Shown: positions 1 through 14,248 of the stretch, piece after piece
Layout: the number at the start of each line of letters is the position of its first letter
How positions within the stretch are numbered: the first letter of the stretch is position 1
Made by a program: the position numbers and the translations under genes
Assembly: GCF_963506605.1 (NCBI RefSeq)
Contig: NC_083276.1
Coordinates: forward strand, 50,344,001 to 50,408,000
Source: Zootoca vivipara
Taxonomy: Eukaryota
Direction of reading: 5' to 3'
DNA length: 64,000 bases
Notes under the pieces: generated by a model
Seen by the model: the letters and a program-made list of their open reading frames with translations, nothing else
Databases searched by the model: none
Told to the model about the DNA's origin: nothing

Positions 1-30
1 TTATATAGCTGCTCCATAAGTATTCTCAGA

Positions 31-230
31 AGCCAGTGTGATGTACTGGAGTGTTGGACTAGTGCCTGGGAGATCAGGCTTCAAATCCCCACTCAGTTAT
101 GAAACTCCCTGGGTGACCTTGAGCCAGCTGCAGCCTCTTAACCTACTTCACAGGGTCGTTGTAGGGATTTACTGAGGACGGGGTGAACCGCATACTCCTT
201 GGAGAAGAAGGTGGGATATAAATCAATAAA
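31..230 (+). mobile_element. old tRNA-derived CORE-type (MIR/Squam3-like) SINE
   Basis: agccagtgtgatgta..ttcaaatcccc..gggtgaccttgagccag..cacagggtcgttgt, A-rich tail. Confidence 0.7.
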
Positions 231-3200
231 TCAACTCTTCGGCTTACTTGCTTAAGAAAGCTGGAGGAGTTAGCCAGATGGAGATGTCAGTTGCTGACCT
301 GGCATCCAGAGATCTCCACATGGTCGGAATTGGACCTGCACCAGTCACAAAACACGCCTGGCACCTGGGGGGGTTTGAATGCTGCCTCTGACTGAACTTC
401 AGCTTTCCTGGAGTATACTGATTCGCTTAAGCCACTGTCTCTTCTGAGTTTGTACTTTTGTAAAGCTCAGGGCATCCCTCAACCCAAATGCAGTTTAGTG
501 CTTTTTCAGAACACTTGCCCTAGACAAGAAATAAGTTAATTACTTTTTAGTTGCCTCAAAAGGCCTGTTCTCTCTCCCCTCTCCCAGGAATTATGCTTTA
601 AAGGAAACTTCTTGATCCTAGTATTTAAGAGATATATTACATTGGTAAAAGGGGATGCAGTTTTTAGTAATACACATCAACTTTTTCGGAAGAAAAAAGG
701 AAGAATTGACTAGTGTGATAGCTTGCACACTAAGGGCCAAACTAGATGTGATGTAGTTGCATGAATTGCAACGTGCACCTTTTTAATGATGTGAATAGGA
801 GAAACCCGAGCAGACATTGGAGGCTTTTCTTGAAAAGCAAACAACATCTTTAGAGAAGCATGTTTCTAGTCAGGAACAGGCAGGGGGGAAAGAGTTAAAA
901 CTCCCCTTCCCACTCCTCATAGTCCCATGCTGATGTCTTAAAAGAAACATACCCTGCAACATACCCTGCCTGTATGCCCTTAGAGCAGACTCACATATAA
1001 GAGGCAAGAGGCAATGAATATAGTCAGGGAAGGCAGGTTCACTGGGGCATAGCCTTCCCAGGGAAAATGTAAAGCTTTTTTTTATCCTCCTCAAAATTTC
1101 AAAGCCACACACTCTTTCCTGTCCCAAACACATTTTTTGCTCCCTTTAGTATATGGAGGCATTTCTGTCAATCAACTCTCTATCCAGCACAGGAGTCAGA
1201 ATTAGCCTAACAGAATCATAAATTGGTTCTAAGTATGCTCAGAGCTGTTTTCTTGAAGGCCCAATAATTAGCAGGGGGTGCTTCTTACTCTGAGGGCCTT
1301 TGTTTTCATTTAGTCCAGTATTTGTTTTGTGACCTTGCTAGAAAGAGAGAACAAGCAAGCAACAGTGGGTCTCTTTCTGTTATAAATACCCACTTTTTTT
1401 CTTTTTTATCTTGCTTTTTCAAAAATTGGGAAATTGGAAGTAGAAATGGTGGGATGGCTTGTGTATGTGTTGCAACAAACTCTGTATTAACCATTTCCCC
1501 AAATTCACTTATTAAAAGCTGCAGCAGCTGTTGCAGGTGAGACAGGGCAGGTACTGGGGAGGCCCGACCAGATGGGTGGGGTAGTGGGGTATAAGTAATA
1601 AATTGTTGTTGTTATTATTATTATTATGGTAGATCTGGGCCATGCCCAGTTCCAGAGTATTTTCAGAAAAAGCGGTGGGAACCCCTAGCAAGGGGTTGAA
1701 TGCAAAGGAATGGAGGTAAATCCTGTTCTTTTGTGAGTTTGTCAGTGAATTTCTAAAAGAAAACTTTTGGGCTCTGATACTGTCTGGACATGACTCCACA
1801 TCCTTCCCTACACCTGGAAGATACTCTCCTAAATCTTAGACATAATGGAGGTTGAGTATAATTAGTCTGGTGTGATGAACTCTGCACATGAGTAGGACTG
1901 AGCCATGCATGCAGATATGTTCTGGTGTGCTCTGGCTCAAATGAGACATGATTTCAAAACCTTATGTCATGTGGTATGGCTTAATTTCAAAACAAGAGGT
2001 ATAGAGTCAGTCTTGCCTGAGAATCATACTTGGGCCTTCTTACATGGAAGCTCATTCCCTTTCCTTAAATGTGCAGAGAATAATGGATGTGTATGTTTGT
2101 TTTTAGAGAGGAGGCAGCAGTGGCACTCTGCACATGTGTAATTGCAAGTCAAAATGTTACCAGTTGCCACTGGGTAGAGTCCCCCTCTGTTCTGGAATTC
2201 TTTGCAAGGGAGTGCTGTTAGCCACTGACGTGCAAGACACTCGTGGCAAGGTTTCTCTCTTGAATTCTGCTTGGCATTTTTACTGCTTGTATTGGCCACA
2301 TTTGAGAAAAAACAGCACCCTTGTTGTGCACATCTACCTGCATTGTTCTTTTTCTGTTTGTGCTGTACCTATTACATATTCTAATTATTTTTAAAGATTT
2401 GTACACAACAAAAATGCATACACACATCTCACCTCTTTAATAATAATTCAGAGCAGCATACATAGGTTTCCCAGGTCTCTGTCATCTTTGTGCACTAAAC
2501 AGACCTGCTTAGCTTCAGAAAGGTTGCTGCACCACATGCATTAGGACCATTGCCTTGGCCCTTGTAGGGAAGAACAGTAGCTGCCAGATGTAGCAACATT
2601 TTTTGCCATGGGTGATCATGTTAAGATAATTATGAGATACAGAAACATATTCACATGACTTGCACAGCAGGAACAAGCATTTCTCTTTCAATATGCTTTC
2701 AGCTGTAGTTGTTGCTGTCTTTGCGCTTTAAATCAGCAAAAGTCATCTTAGTATGCTGTGTTTATGTTTGGTCTGATGGTGTTTGTCTGTTTTGCCAGTG
2801 GAGACTATGACTAGGGAGAAAATAATACAGATTTTGCCTGGGTAAGTTTTGTCTGTCTGAATTGTAAATATTTGCTTGTTACTTGTACCCGCAGTGTTGC
2901 AATAAATGTTAGTACTAAAAGCCTCCCAAAGTTTCCACGAATGTAAATAGAAACATTGCATTGGATCCAAAGGGTGCCTTTGCAAATGCCATGTGTGCAA
3001 CCTAATTTTCCCTCTCCCTCTGAATGTGTTGCCTGTCACAAGCACCTTCTGTGAGAGGGGAGAATTACCCAGATTTGGGTGGAAAGTATATGGGCTGTTT
3101 GAACACTGGCAGGGTAGATTCTTTGAGACTCCATTACGGTATTTCTTCTTGATTAAAAATGTTCTATGCAAGAAAATTCATAGTTTTAGATTTGCAGTGA

Positions 3201-6200
3201 TCTCATTTTCTAATGCCCATCTTTTAAGGTTTGCTTATCTGGGCAAGATGTGTTAGACCATCACTATTAATCATGATGGTATTTAGTGACTCTAATCAGG
3301 TATTGCGAAATTCATTAACAGGTCATTTTTCCTGCAGAAGAAATGGGAAAAGCAAATGAAGAAACAGGCTACTCCCTCACTGGAAACATTTGGGACTTTC
3401 TGGTCTCAAAAGCAGAATCATAATAAAGAAAATTCTGACCTTGAAAAAAGGAAAAGTAGCACATAACAAGCTATTGCAATGGAAAGGCTGAGAGAGACCA
3501 CAGCAGTTATTGGAACTGAGTGGGCTACTTTCTTGCTTTTTTCTTTGAAAGCATGAAGCCTGTAGAAAAGCCATATGTTCCAATGCTTTCTGACATTCTG
3601 CCCCCTAAGAGAAGTTTTCTGATGGAAAGCACTTTGAACAGTGTTGCTTGTATTTAACATTGTTGGAATTATATACTGTTGCCCTGGTTTCCATCAACCA
3701 GGTAGGGCTGGTGGGGCCCATAGCTACAGTTAGCTTTAGGAAGAGTCATAAGGTCTCTAAAGCTTTCACTTCACTGGTCAAAGATCAAGGTCAGAATAGT
3801 ATTTAGTTCTGAGTCTCATCCTCCCTTCTGTAAGAAATATGGGTCAGATAAGACTCATGAAGGAGCATAAAGTGTCTTCATAGCTGATGACAGAATAACC
3901 AGGATCTGACTGAGGCACTAGATTGAAGTAACATATGCTTTTGTAAATCTATCCAAATATATATTATAGCAATCAGGGGGGTTTGCTGTCGTCTTTTAGA
4001 GAGGAGGCTATTCTATTTTTTATATTTCTAAGTTCTCATGTGTGTGTCTCTGAAGAGTTCCGTGCCAGTAAGTTGACTGCATGTTGTTTGACAACATTCA
4101 AATACTGTTGAATATTCCATGATGCCAAGAATGCCAGTGTGTCTCAATGGCAACTTACTTTTTACATTTCATTATGGTATCATTTATCAGCAAGTGAGGG
4201 CTGCTTACACCCTACTCTGCAGTGGTCAGGCAAACTTATCACCAGAGAAAACTTCTCTTATTGGCCAACATCTATAACTACAGGCATGTTCAAATAGGAA
4301 CAGTCACCTGTTACATGCCTCACTATTTAGGAGCACCTGTGATTCCACCTGGCTTGCAGTGGGAAGCAGGAAGTGCTCTATTTATGCATTTAATGGAGAA
4401 AGTGGATAGAGATTTTAATTTTTGTAATCTATTTCATAGTTTTCAAAGTAGTTTTCTACTGTTGTTTCTTGGCAGGGTGTGTGTGCCTGTCCACTTTGGG
4501 CCCTACTCCTGTGGACCACTGGCATATGGTCACTCAGTATGTTATCTCTGAGGAATTTCAGCCTTTGACAGAAAAAAGATTTCCTATCCTGGCTTAAGGG
4601 AAGTGGCCCTGCGCTATCCTTGGGTTACATCAGTTTTGGGAAATGAGGGCAATAGAGGTGTTGCTTTTACGCCCCCCCATGTTCTATTTATCTTTGATAG
4701 AAACCCTTTCCTGCACTGGGTGACTTAATCTCCATGATTTTCTGGATGTAGACAGACCACAATGCTATGTTGTCAAGATCATTTGGGAAATCATTATCTC
4801 CATTTCCTCTTTAGAATGCTACTTTCTGAAATGTACTGTGCTGGACCAGAATGTTACCTTTTGAAGGCTTTTCTTCAGCATCTGTAAACATTATTAATGC
4901 AGTTCAGTTGACCTAAAGTATCTACATCTATTATTTTTTTTGTATCTACAAAAGAAGGCTCTGTATCTTTTCTTGTGACATTTGGATTTTTTAAATTAGT
5001 TCCTAAATAGGTTTTGTACATTGGGCCCCAAACATATGTAAGCAACATAAATTCTTTGAAATTATTGAGATTGCATGTACTGTATTTAAATCTTGAAATA
5101 AGTGATGTTATATACATAAATTGATGGGCTAAGACGAACCAAAGGAACTTCTTTCAGCTTTTGATATATTAAGAATTGGTACAATGAATCACACCTTTTC
5201 TTTAGCATAATATAATAGCATGGCTGATATTTGAAGTAAACTACATAAAAGTTAACTTGACATATTTATTCTGGCGACACCACGAGTGTAGATCTATACA
5301 GAATTCATTTACACGAATCAGTGACCTGTATGACATTTGGCAAGTGAAAAATAAATTTCTCCTTACAGCTTCTATTTGCAGTTTAAAGGAGTATTATCAT
5401 TTTTATTAGATTTTTGTACCATATACTTCAACAGAAGTAATGAATGAACTGTAGCACTATGCAGAAAGCACTTACTTTCTGGCCAGGATCTCATGTGTGC
5501 AAGAAGGGGGTGAAATATTTTCAATGAGGAGTAAATATTACAATTTTAGTTTTCGAAAACTCTTTATCTGGTCAAGAACTCTAACTGGTCAAGTGTTTCA
5601 AACGTCATCTCAACCTTTTGGTGCTTAATTTGGCTTCCCTGTGAGCAGAACATTACAGCAAGAACATATTGAGGACTCATTTCATCAAATTATAGTATGT
5701 TGGAAGTGAATGTGTGTGACTATTAAAAGAATCTCTTTCTGAAAATGAAATAATCTCAAAGTGATGCATTGACTTGCGTAAAATGTTAGTAATCAAGCTC
5801 TTCATGGGAGCTCATAGTGAATTCTTCTGAAGAAAACCTGACCTGAACATCCTAGCTAATGCTGCTCTTGAGTTCATAGGAACATAACGTTTTGTAAAAG
5901 CTGTTTTTTCCCTTTAGGATTAAATTGAATTTCGAGTAGATTGCTGCAAAAGAAAGTATATTTGGCAGAACTTTCATTGTTCTCTGCGGAGCAGTTATTG
6001 ACGTAACAAATGGACAGAATTTGTCTCTGCATGGGAACGTGTTATATACATGGACTTGTTGACTGAGCCACAAGTCAAGGCTCTCTTTTTGAACTGTGTT
6101 TTCAGGAAGGAATTACATTTTTAAAACCTGACTTTTCACTAAAGTAATTGTGGGAAATGGATTTAAACAGGTAGTTCATTATTCGGGCCCATCTATTCCG

Positions 6201-8254
6201 TAGTTAGTTTTCCAGTCTGGAACTTTACCTCTGTATTTTAGACAGTACGTATTGTAATTTGGCACTTGCCATTATCACCTGTGACCACTTTCAGTTTACT
6301 GCTTAGAGTGCTGCTCCTGACTTTTTCAGCTGGTCCAGTTGCTACTATAATTGCCTGATACTGACTCATTAATACCTGCTGGGAAGTGGCAGCAGGAATA
6401 GAGCACCACACATAGCCACCCTGTTCAGCACAGAGCAAGCACTATGGCGGCAGCATGTGTGGATGCTTTTTAGCTTTAGTGCTTTCAGCTATTTTAAGGC
6501 TAGAAAAGGGGTAGAAAGGAAGAGGAGAGTGAGTGTGTGTGAGCATCTCAAGTTGCACATTCAGCTTTGTCCCTGTTTCTATGGGAGAGGACAACTTATA
6601 GTAGCAGCATTGGCGAAGAGAGGCGGAGAGGGGCAAATGCAGCAGCAGGGATTCTGTCACTGTTCCTGGAGTAGTTATTCATAATGCTGACTTTAGAGAT
6701 GAAGGACATGACCAAACTACACTACAGTTCAATCAAGGAGGCTGTATAGCTCAGCTTTGCAGTAACTGGGAGGATGGTTCCATCAGAGGAAGGCCAAGGA
6801 ATCCAACAGTAAGGCAGGCACAGTCCAGAGCTGGTGTGAAGACATTGTTCTAGACATTGTTTAGTGATGGCTGGGCACTTCATAATAAATTTTAACTTTC
6901 TGAACCACCTTGGAGCATGGTGGGACTCTTTCTAAGCACTTTCCATAATAACTCCAAAGCAAAACTTTGAGAAACTTACCCCAGCATCTAGCCAGCCCTC
7001 TATCCCACAACCTACCTTAGCGAAGAGGGGTAATAGAATTGCTGTGATGGCTTCTGCAGCTACAGAAGCCTCATTTCTTTGAAGGCATAGGCATTCCTGG
7101 ATCCTACTGAGTGTGCTCAAATGATCCATTCTGCTTGGGAACTCAGGAAATAGTTCCCAATGCCTCTCTGCTTAACACACTGGGTGATGATGGATTAGGA
7201 ACTCATTTATCATCTACCTAGCAGTAGTGGAACTCATTCGAGCACTGATCAGGGTCAGATGCAGCCAAGGAAGTAGCCGATTGGGAGCCAAGCCTGACCT
7301 TCAGGAAGCATTTGAACATAATGGCTCGATTCCAAATTTTGGTGCCATTGCTGCTTTGATTTGTTCTATACTTCCAGGAGACATTTTATAATCAGTACAT
7401 TTAGGTAAACTATTTCATAGCACTAGGTTGTGGGAATTCTGCATACAGAAGGGTCTCAGTGCTGAAGACTTAGAAAATGGTGGTTTCATGACCTGATAAT
7501 AACTGGTGTGAGGTGCGGCATGTTCTTAATAGGACAACAGAGTACCATATACAAACAGAAACTTAATCAATATAAAATGTTTCAAGCATGTTATACTCTG
7601 GTTCATTATTTTCCGTTTAGTTTCTTGAATATTGTCAGCTGAAAGAAAATTGTTTGACCACCTAGGGACTACCTTCTCCCATGTCAACTTTTCCCTAAGA
7701 TCAAGTGGAAAGATGTTGCTTCTCTCTATTTGTGCAGGGTGGAGAGACAATTGATGACATTCTTGCTGCAATCTGTCATCCTTGCTTTTTTACCAACATA
7801 ACTCCTGTCTCCCCATTTGTAGACTGAGAATAGGTTACATTATTAGTACTGTATACTGTCCTCTGAGACTCCTAAGTGAAACATTAATGTCAGGGCTGTT
7901 GTATGGCAGTGCAATCTTTCCAGATCAGCAGTACATGAGCAATATAATATGCAGACTGGATTTTCTGAAGTCATCATTTTGATTTAAATATTCATACTTC
8001 AACAAAAGGGGAAAGCTGCTGCTGACTTATGAAAGTGGGTCAAGGTTTTGTTTGTTTTAAAATGGCCCTGTTTGGTCGTTTGTGATACGTGACTGCTATT
8101 CCAGGCCTGGGAAATGGTTTGGCAGAATTTATATCTACTTGTGCCTATATTAACTTTAAGTCAATTTAAATATATATCTAATACTGAACTTCTTTGTAAG
8201 TGTGAAATAAGTTGTAAATACTGTTTTATCCATTCTTCTTAGAGAATACGAGGT

Positions 8255-8364
8255 TTGTTAGTCTGTTCCAGGAAACGAAAACCAAAGAATTTTGTGGCAC
8301 TTTCAACAAATGCATTGTGGCATAAAGTGGGCCAAAGGGGTCATAAGACTGTTGGTTGATTTTG
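8255..8364 (-). mobile_element. highly degraded Penelope-like remnant
   Basis: gttagtctgtt...ttgtggcacttt...tgtggcataa resembles the reverse complement of the 48028 family. Confidence 0.4.
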
Positions 8365-8817
8365 AATGAGAGGCAACACTAACCAATAATTTGCATCATA
8401 TATTTATGTGCAGAAAAGATACAGTGTTGGAAGTCATATTTCTTTGACAAAACAGGTAAAAAGAAAATTGCAAGTGCTTGCAGTTACTTTCATTAGGCAC
8501 TTTGGATTTTTTGACTCACTAAACCGACTTTGTTTGGAATGTGTTTTTGCATTCATTCGTTTACTGAAAAAGCTGTATCCCACTGCTTCTGCTCCAAAGA
8601 GTTGAGATTTCCAATGTTCCACCTAGCTTTTCTTTGTAGCGTTGGTTTCAGTTTTTGCAAGCTGGTGACTCTGACAAGGGGCATGTCAGAATGTGCTTTC
8701 AAAACCTTTGCATTTCATGGCTGATTAAAGCTAGCTTTGGGTTCTATTGAGCTTGCACTTTTTGGTACTGTACATAAGAATCTACATTTGCTGAATAAGT
8801 TTTCCATTAGTATACAG

Positions 8818-9393
8818 CAGGGATGAGGAACATCCAGCCCATGTGCAAAACCTGACTTACTAGGGGGCCCGGTTTGGCCCATAATGCAGTTTCCCTCAAA
8901 TCATGCCTGTGAGGGACAAGGGATACAGGGAAGTCCCTCCCATCTTAAGTTCCAGCCCATCCCCAAGCGCTGGAGAGAGTAGGGAGAGCTCTGCCTCCAG
9001 CGGAGAGTCAGGAAGTGGTGTCCGAGGCTCAGGCAAGGTTGCGGAGCCCATACCCCAGGTGGGACAGGAAGATGGGAAGGCCAATCCCCCCAACTCCGGA
9101 ATTGCGACGCAAACGTAGGGGGAAGAGGTTGGGTCTCCCAAAGCTTCTTTGCTGGAAGAAAACGCGCCAATCGCCATTCGGAGGTTCTGACACCTCACCT
9201 TAAGCATGTATATAGATCGTTCTGACCACTGTAAATAATCAGCACTTAATAAAAGCCTAAAAAGACTATGCCGGAGTCGTTACTCTAGAGTAGCCACATC
9301 AGGCCCTCTGACAATGCCCATCTGTCAAAATGGCCCGTCACAGTCGGGAAGATAAGGATCTGACCCACCAGCCAGAAGAGGTTCCCTACCCTG
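8818..9393. mobile_element. old hAT MITE hosting the solo LTR
   Basis: termini cagggatgaggaac / gttccctaccctg; degenerate 8-bp TSD gtatacag / gcatatag. Confidence 0.6.
8908..9313 (+). mobile_element. solo LTR (406 bp)
   Basis: TGT...ACA termini, 5-bp TSD atgcc (8903-8907 / 9314-9318), TATA-like tgtatatag near 9207, AATAAA at 9248, CpG retained. Confidence 0.88.
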
Positions 9394-12039
9394 GCATATA
9401 GGATGTTCTTTATATTTAAAAGTGTCTAATGTTTGTAATGATTTTAAAAACACAGTCACTTTGCAATATGATAGACACAGTACAAAAGGAAAAAGAGGGA
9501 AGAGAAAACAAGCAAATTCAGGTACTAATTCTTCATAAAGGCACATTGGTCTTTGTGAGCAAATTTCATCCCAGAAATGTTATATACCAGATTGTCTGAA
9601 AACTTTCTTACAGCAGTTCAAGTAGTACTTTGTTTCCATTTATCTATGACTATTAAGTGATTTGGTATACCTATTACTCATGTGGCTGCCTTTCTCCTGG
9701 GGCCATTATTGTAAAATTGCTGTCAAAACAAATTAAAGTAAAATACTTAAGCTCAAGGGGCCAAAGATTTTTCTTATTAGTAGAAATAGAGGTAGATATC
9801 TTCCTTTCAAGTATGTATTATAGGTGTGGTTACTTGGAATGATGCTAGGTAGGAAGTCTGGGATTCCAAGATGGAGCATGTTGGGAGTTGAGTTGTTGAG
9901 TCCCATGAATTGCCTAAGAACACCACACAGTGAAGCTATGTGTGTTTTTTTTTCCCCCAGTGAGAGAACAACATGGGGAAAGGGATTAGATTTTATTTCC
10001 TCGCCTGCCCTATCCTGTAGTTCTGATTGGGATTAGGAGCCCTATGGGTGATTTTTATGAAGAATACAACAAGAAAGTCCCAAGTATGTAGTTCAGATAT
10101 GTCTTGTTTAAAGTAACATGTAGTTTGAGCCTTTGTTACTGTTCTAAAAAGTTTCTGCTTTCAATAATTGACTGGTCTAGTGCCAACCCTGTACTGTACA
10201 TGATTAATTTGGCATGATCTATCTTTAGTGAGTCCATGCTGCTTTGCATTGTCTTTGCTATTTTCTTATATAACTTTTTGTTCTAAGACTTCATCTGACA
10301 CTGAAGTTAAATCTAACAGAGCCTGTAGTTACCTGGATAGAGTTTATTCTCTTCCTTGAATATAGGTAAAACATTGGCTGTAATCCAGCCACTGGGTTCC
10401 TTACCCCCTCCAGAGTTAATTGACGTGTTACAAATTGTTTTTGGATCTGCTACTGCACATGCAGGCTCCTCTCACTATTTTTGGATAGTGATTGCGCAGC
10501 ACTTGAAATTTGAATACATTTGGAACTAAGCTTCTCAGAACCTGGTTTCGTTGTGTGTTTTATTTTATAACCGGTTTTTTCCACAAAAGTTCAGACTATC
10601 CTGTGGTAGCAATGTAAAACGTACCTGTTTGGATGAATCTTTCTAGTAGCTTGTGATGAGATGGTGCCTTTAAATGTCAGGTGCAATTTTTAGTATAGCT
10701 TTCATTTTGTTTTTAAAAAAATCTCAGTTACACTTTCAGAAATGATGCATATTAAAAACTTGCAAAACCTGCTGCTTATCTGTTCATAGTCTCATCTTGA
10801 CATCCTCATTTTCTTAGTTGAGATAAAATAAACACTAACGAATTGAAGCATATCCGTATGTGTATTTGCCATCATTTGCATTAAACTGTGGTCCCACTCA
10901 CTAAAATAAACTCCTGGAAAATTATATTTGCTACGTAAGTAATTTTCAGTAAGGATAATATTGGAGTCTATTGAATGAAACTTACTGAGAATTTAAAATC
11001 CTTCCATGATGAAAGTTGTCATTAAAAACTGACACATATACAATATTTTGTTAGATTTGTTACTACACTAGGTTTGCTATGGCCAGAAAAAGGGGGGAAA
11101 TGAGGGGAAGCAACCATTACAGGAAGTGAAATTCTAGAACAGGCCGAGTAATGACATTTAATATGCAGCAAACAAGAAAATAAAATATGAGCCACTTTAC
11201 TTATTAAGCATTTTCATGGAATGAATTATATGCTGAAGCTACGAAAAAAGACAGGAATAATTCTTTAAAATGGATATTCTTTGAATGCTAATTATGGTAG
11301 GTGGTGTTTATTGCATTTCAACATACACAGGGCTGCAAGAACCAATGCTTAATCATAGACTTTTAGTGATGAAAATATAAAATGACAAACGCTTCACACT
11401 TGGCTTCATTTTACTGTTTGCAAATTCTTACGCAAATCAGTTCACCTCATTGGTTTGTGCTACTGTTAAATAAAGAACATGAATTTTAAAAGAAAATCCT
11501 GGTGTTTATGGTTTAAATGCTTTTCACATGATAGAAAAGGAACAGTTGCTCAGGTGCGTTTAGAAAGGCGAGTTTCGTGGTTGGCTGTGTGTGAGTGCTG
11601 AATTATAATGTAGACTGCTTAATTCATAACTCATGATGCAATTTTGCAGGCCTGTAAAGCTGTGTGTACACAAACAACACAAAGAGTGGCAGATTGGTAT
11701 GGAATTTGATTTGAATAATCATAAAAACAAATGTAATTGTGCCTGTTGTGGATATCGTATCTTTTATAACACGAGGAAAAAATATATACAGAAATCTCTA
11801 TCATGTAAGAAATCAGAGAAAGCGTGAAAAGTGAAGTAGTGGGAGACAGCTGCTACTGCTGCCTGGATTGGCAGCCTATTTATAATCATGCAGGCTGGTA
11901 GCTGAATTTCTGTGCTGTAACATTTTAGATAGAAATGACTGTATTTCAGTATATCAGTATTCTAGTTTTGAAGGAAAAGATACACTTTAGCAGCAAATAG
12001 ATTGCAATAAGAAAAGAAGTTTCTGAATTTAAGATGGAG

Positions 12040-12116
12040 GAATAGAACAGAATCAAATTGTAGAGTTGGAAGGGGTCCTGAGGGTCATATAGTCCAACCC
12101 CTTGCAATGCAGGAAG
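12040..12116 (-). mobile_element. CR1 3' end remnant
   Basis: tagagttggaaggggtcctgagggtcatatagtccaacccc. Confidence 0.65.
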
Positions 12117-12773
12117 CATTTAATATGCTTTCCTTTTTCTGGACTATGACATTTAATAGTGCTGCACATGTAACGGTGTTGAACCGTAAAATAATGTATG
12201 CCCTTGTTTGATATAAGTGATTTTGATTGTGCATGAAAGACTGTCTGTTGTTCATATTTTTCAAAGTTGCATTTTTCCGTTGTTTTATATAAATACCAAA
12301 TTCTAAAAGCATGCAGAATTATAAACACCAATTAGCATGCAACATAATTTGAGGTAGTTAAGTTTCACTTCACAAGTAGAATTGTGGAAGGCAGTTGGAA
12401 CAGATAGTTGGCTGGGGGTCTCTCAAGAGTGTCTTGTTAGATATATAATATGATATGGTCTCAGACATACTGTATTGGCTCTTTGCCATATGAGAATGGA
12501 TCTGTAGAAATAAAAAGAGAATGTGTTCCATTACTGGCCTAACCTGCTCCTAACCTTCAGTTTTGCACAAAAAATATTTTATTAACTAGCTAGAACATAT
12601 TGTGTGCATAGAGAATATGATATCCAAATTGACTATTCACAAGTAGAGAGATGAAAGTGAAGTGCTAAATAGGAAGGAAAGGTCTTGTTGTGGTGGCTTA
12701 TGAAGAATCTCAGCCAAGATTGCACAATGGCATCTCATCTGTAGCTTTGATGCATAGCGTTGTTGGTTTGGAG

Positions 12774-13420
12774 CAGTGGTTCCCAACAGGTGGTCCGGGG
12801 ACCCCCAGGGGTCCGCGAGCTATGCCAGAGGGGTCCGCAAGATGCTATTAGAATAAAAAATATATTAAATATATTTCGTATGATAACAGATTTTTTGTTT
12901 TGGCCGCTTCCTGCATGAGCAGAGTCTAGCGCAAAACTAGAATTAGATAGAGGCAGTAGTTCTGCTGTATGCCGTTAGGTGGCGCTTTACAAACACTACT
13001 GTTTTGCAAAGAGGCAGCGCGCGCATTCTACTAACGCTCACCTCCCCAAGATGCTTTGCGCACGTCGGCTTCATTTGTGCGCTACTGCGCAGGTACCCTG
13101 TCTTCTCCATTCCCCTCCCTCCTCCCTGGCACGCGCTGCCTCTTTGCAAAACAGTAGTGTTTGTAAACAAAGTGTTGTTTTTCACGGAAGCTACAGTTCG
13201 CGTAGTTAAAAATGGACCGTTGATTAAAAAGTGGTTCGTTAAAACGACAAAGGCCTACAGATGAAGAGGAAGAACTGTAAAAAACGTATAAATATAAAAT
13301 ATAAAAAGACTCTTAATTTGGCTCTCACTTTTTAATTTTAGGATTAGGAATTAATGGGGGTCCTTGTCACAATAGCGGCTCGATGAGGGGTCCTCGATAA
13401 AATTTTGTTGGGAACCCCTG
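12774..13420 (+). mobile_element. non-autonomous hAT (Charlie/Buster-like) transposon, copy 1
   Basis: 15-bp TIR cagtggttcccaaca / tgttgggaacccctg, 8-bp TSD gtttggag. Confidence 0.93.
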
Positions 13421-13565
13421 GTTTGGAGCATTATAAAGTTTTCTCTTTCTTCTGTTTTCTTGTTGAAAAATCCAACTTGTGTTACACCAGTCTTACGTAT
13501 TTGAAATCTGGTCAATGATCTTGTTTTGGAAAATATATGAAAGAATGTTGTTTAAGTATCTAAGG

Positions 13566-13701
13566 CAGGCATCCCCAAACTGCGGCCCTCCAGACGTTTT
13601 GGCCTACAACTCCCATGATCTCTAGCTAACAGGACCAGTGGTCTGGGAAGATGGGAATTGTAGTCCAAAACATCTGGAGGGCTGAAGTTTGGGGATGCCT
13701 G
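13566..13701. mobile_element. 136-bp hAT MITE
   Basis: TIR caggcatccccaaact, TSD atctaagg. Confidence 0.92.
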
Positions 13702-14248
13702 ATCTAAGGTGTCTAGTGACTAGAATTGTAGGTACAGTATTTAAACTGTTTATTGTATCATCATCATCATTATTTCCATGCAATGTGTTGTTGTTGTAGT
13801 TGTTGTTGTTGTTGTTGTTTGGTGTATGAAAGTGTTTGCTCTACTTTGTTTTGCTATGTTTTATCAACCATGCAAAAATGTTTCATGGAACCGTTAGAAC
13901 ATTGGCCTTAGCTCAGTGTGTGGAAGGCTGGAGAGCTATGACCTGCTTTTCATTAATATTTGCCGCATCAAGTTTCCTTTTTGAGATGGTGCCTGACCTT
14001 CAGCAGATTCTAGCAGGCTAAAACATACCTTGAACAAAAGGTATCTTCTGATGACTCTTCCATTTCCAAACAATGTTTAGATGGCAGCTAGAAGCCAGAT
14101 TTTCTAGATTACTGCCTTGACTGCTGCCACAGAGTAGTTAGTTAGTTGGTTAGGTTTAGTTAGTATACCTCCCTTTATACTTAGATCACAGGGTGGTTCA
14201 CAACAAATTATAAAATGAGAACTTGTGCCTGGTTTTCAGAGTCCATGC

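Noticed and set aside
8896-9207. Cluster of Ser/Gly-rich ORFs
   Set aside because: GC-rich LTR sequence with no recognisable protein similarity
12943-13264. Overlapping ORFs repeated at 35300-35621
   Set aside because: Lie inside two copies of the same hAT element; the repeated peptide ALPLCKTVVFV comes from the internal inverted repeat
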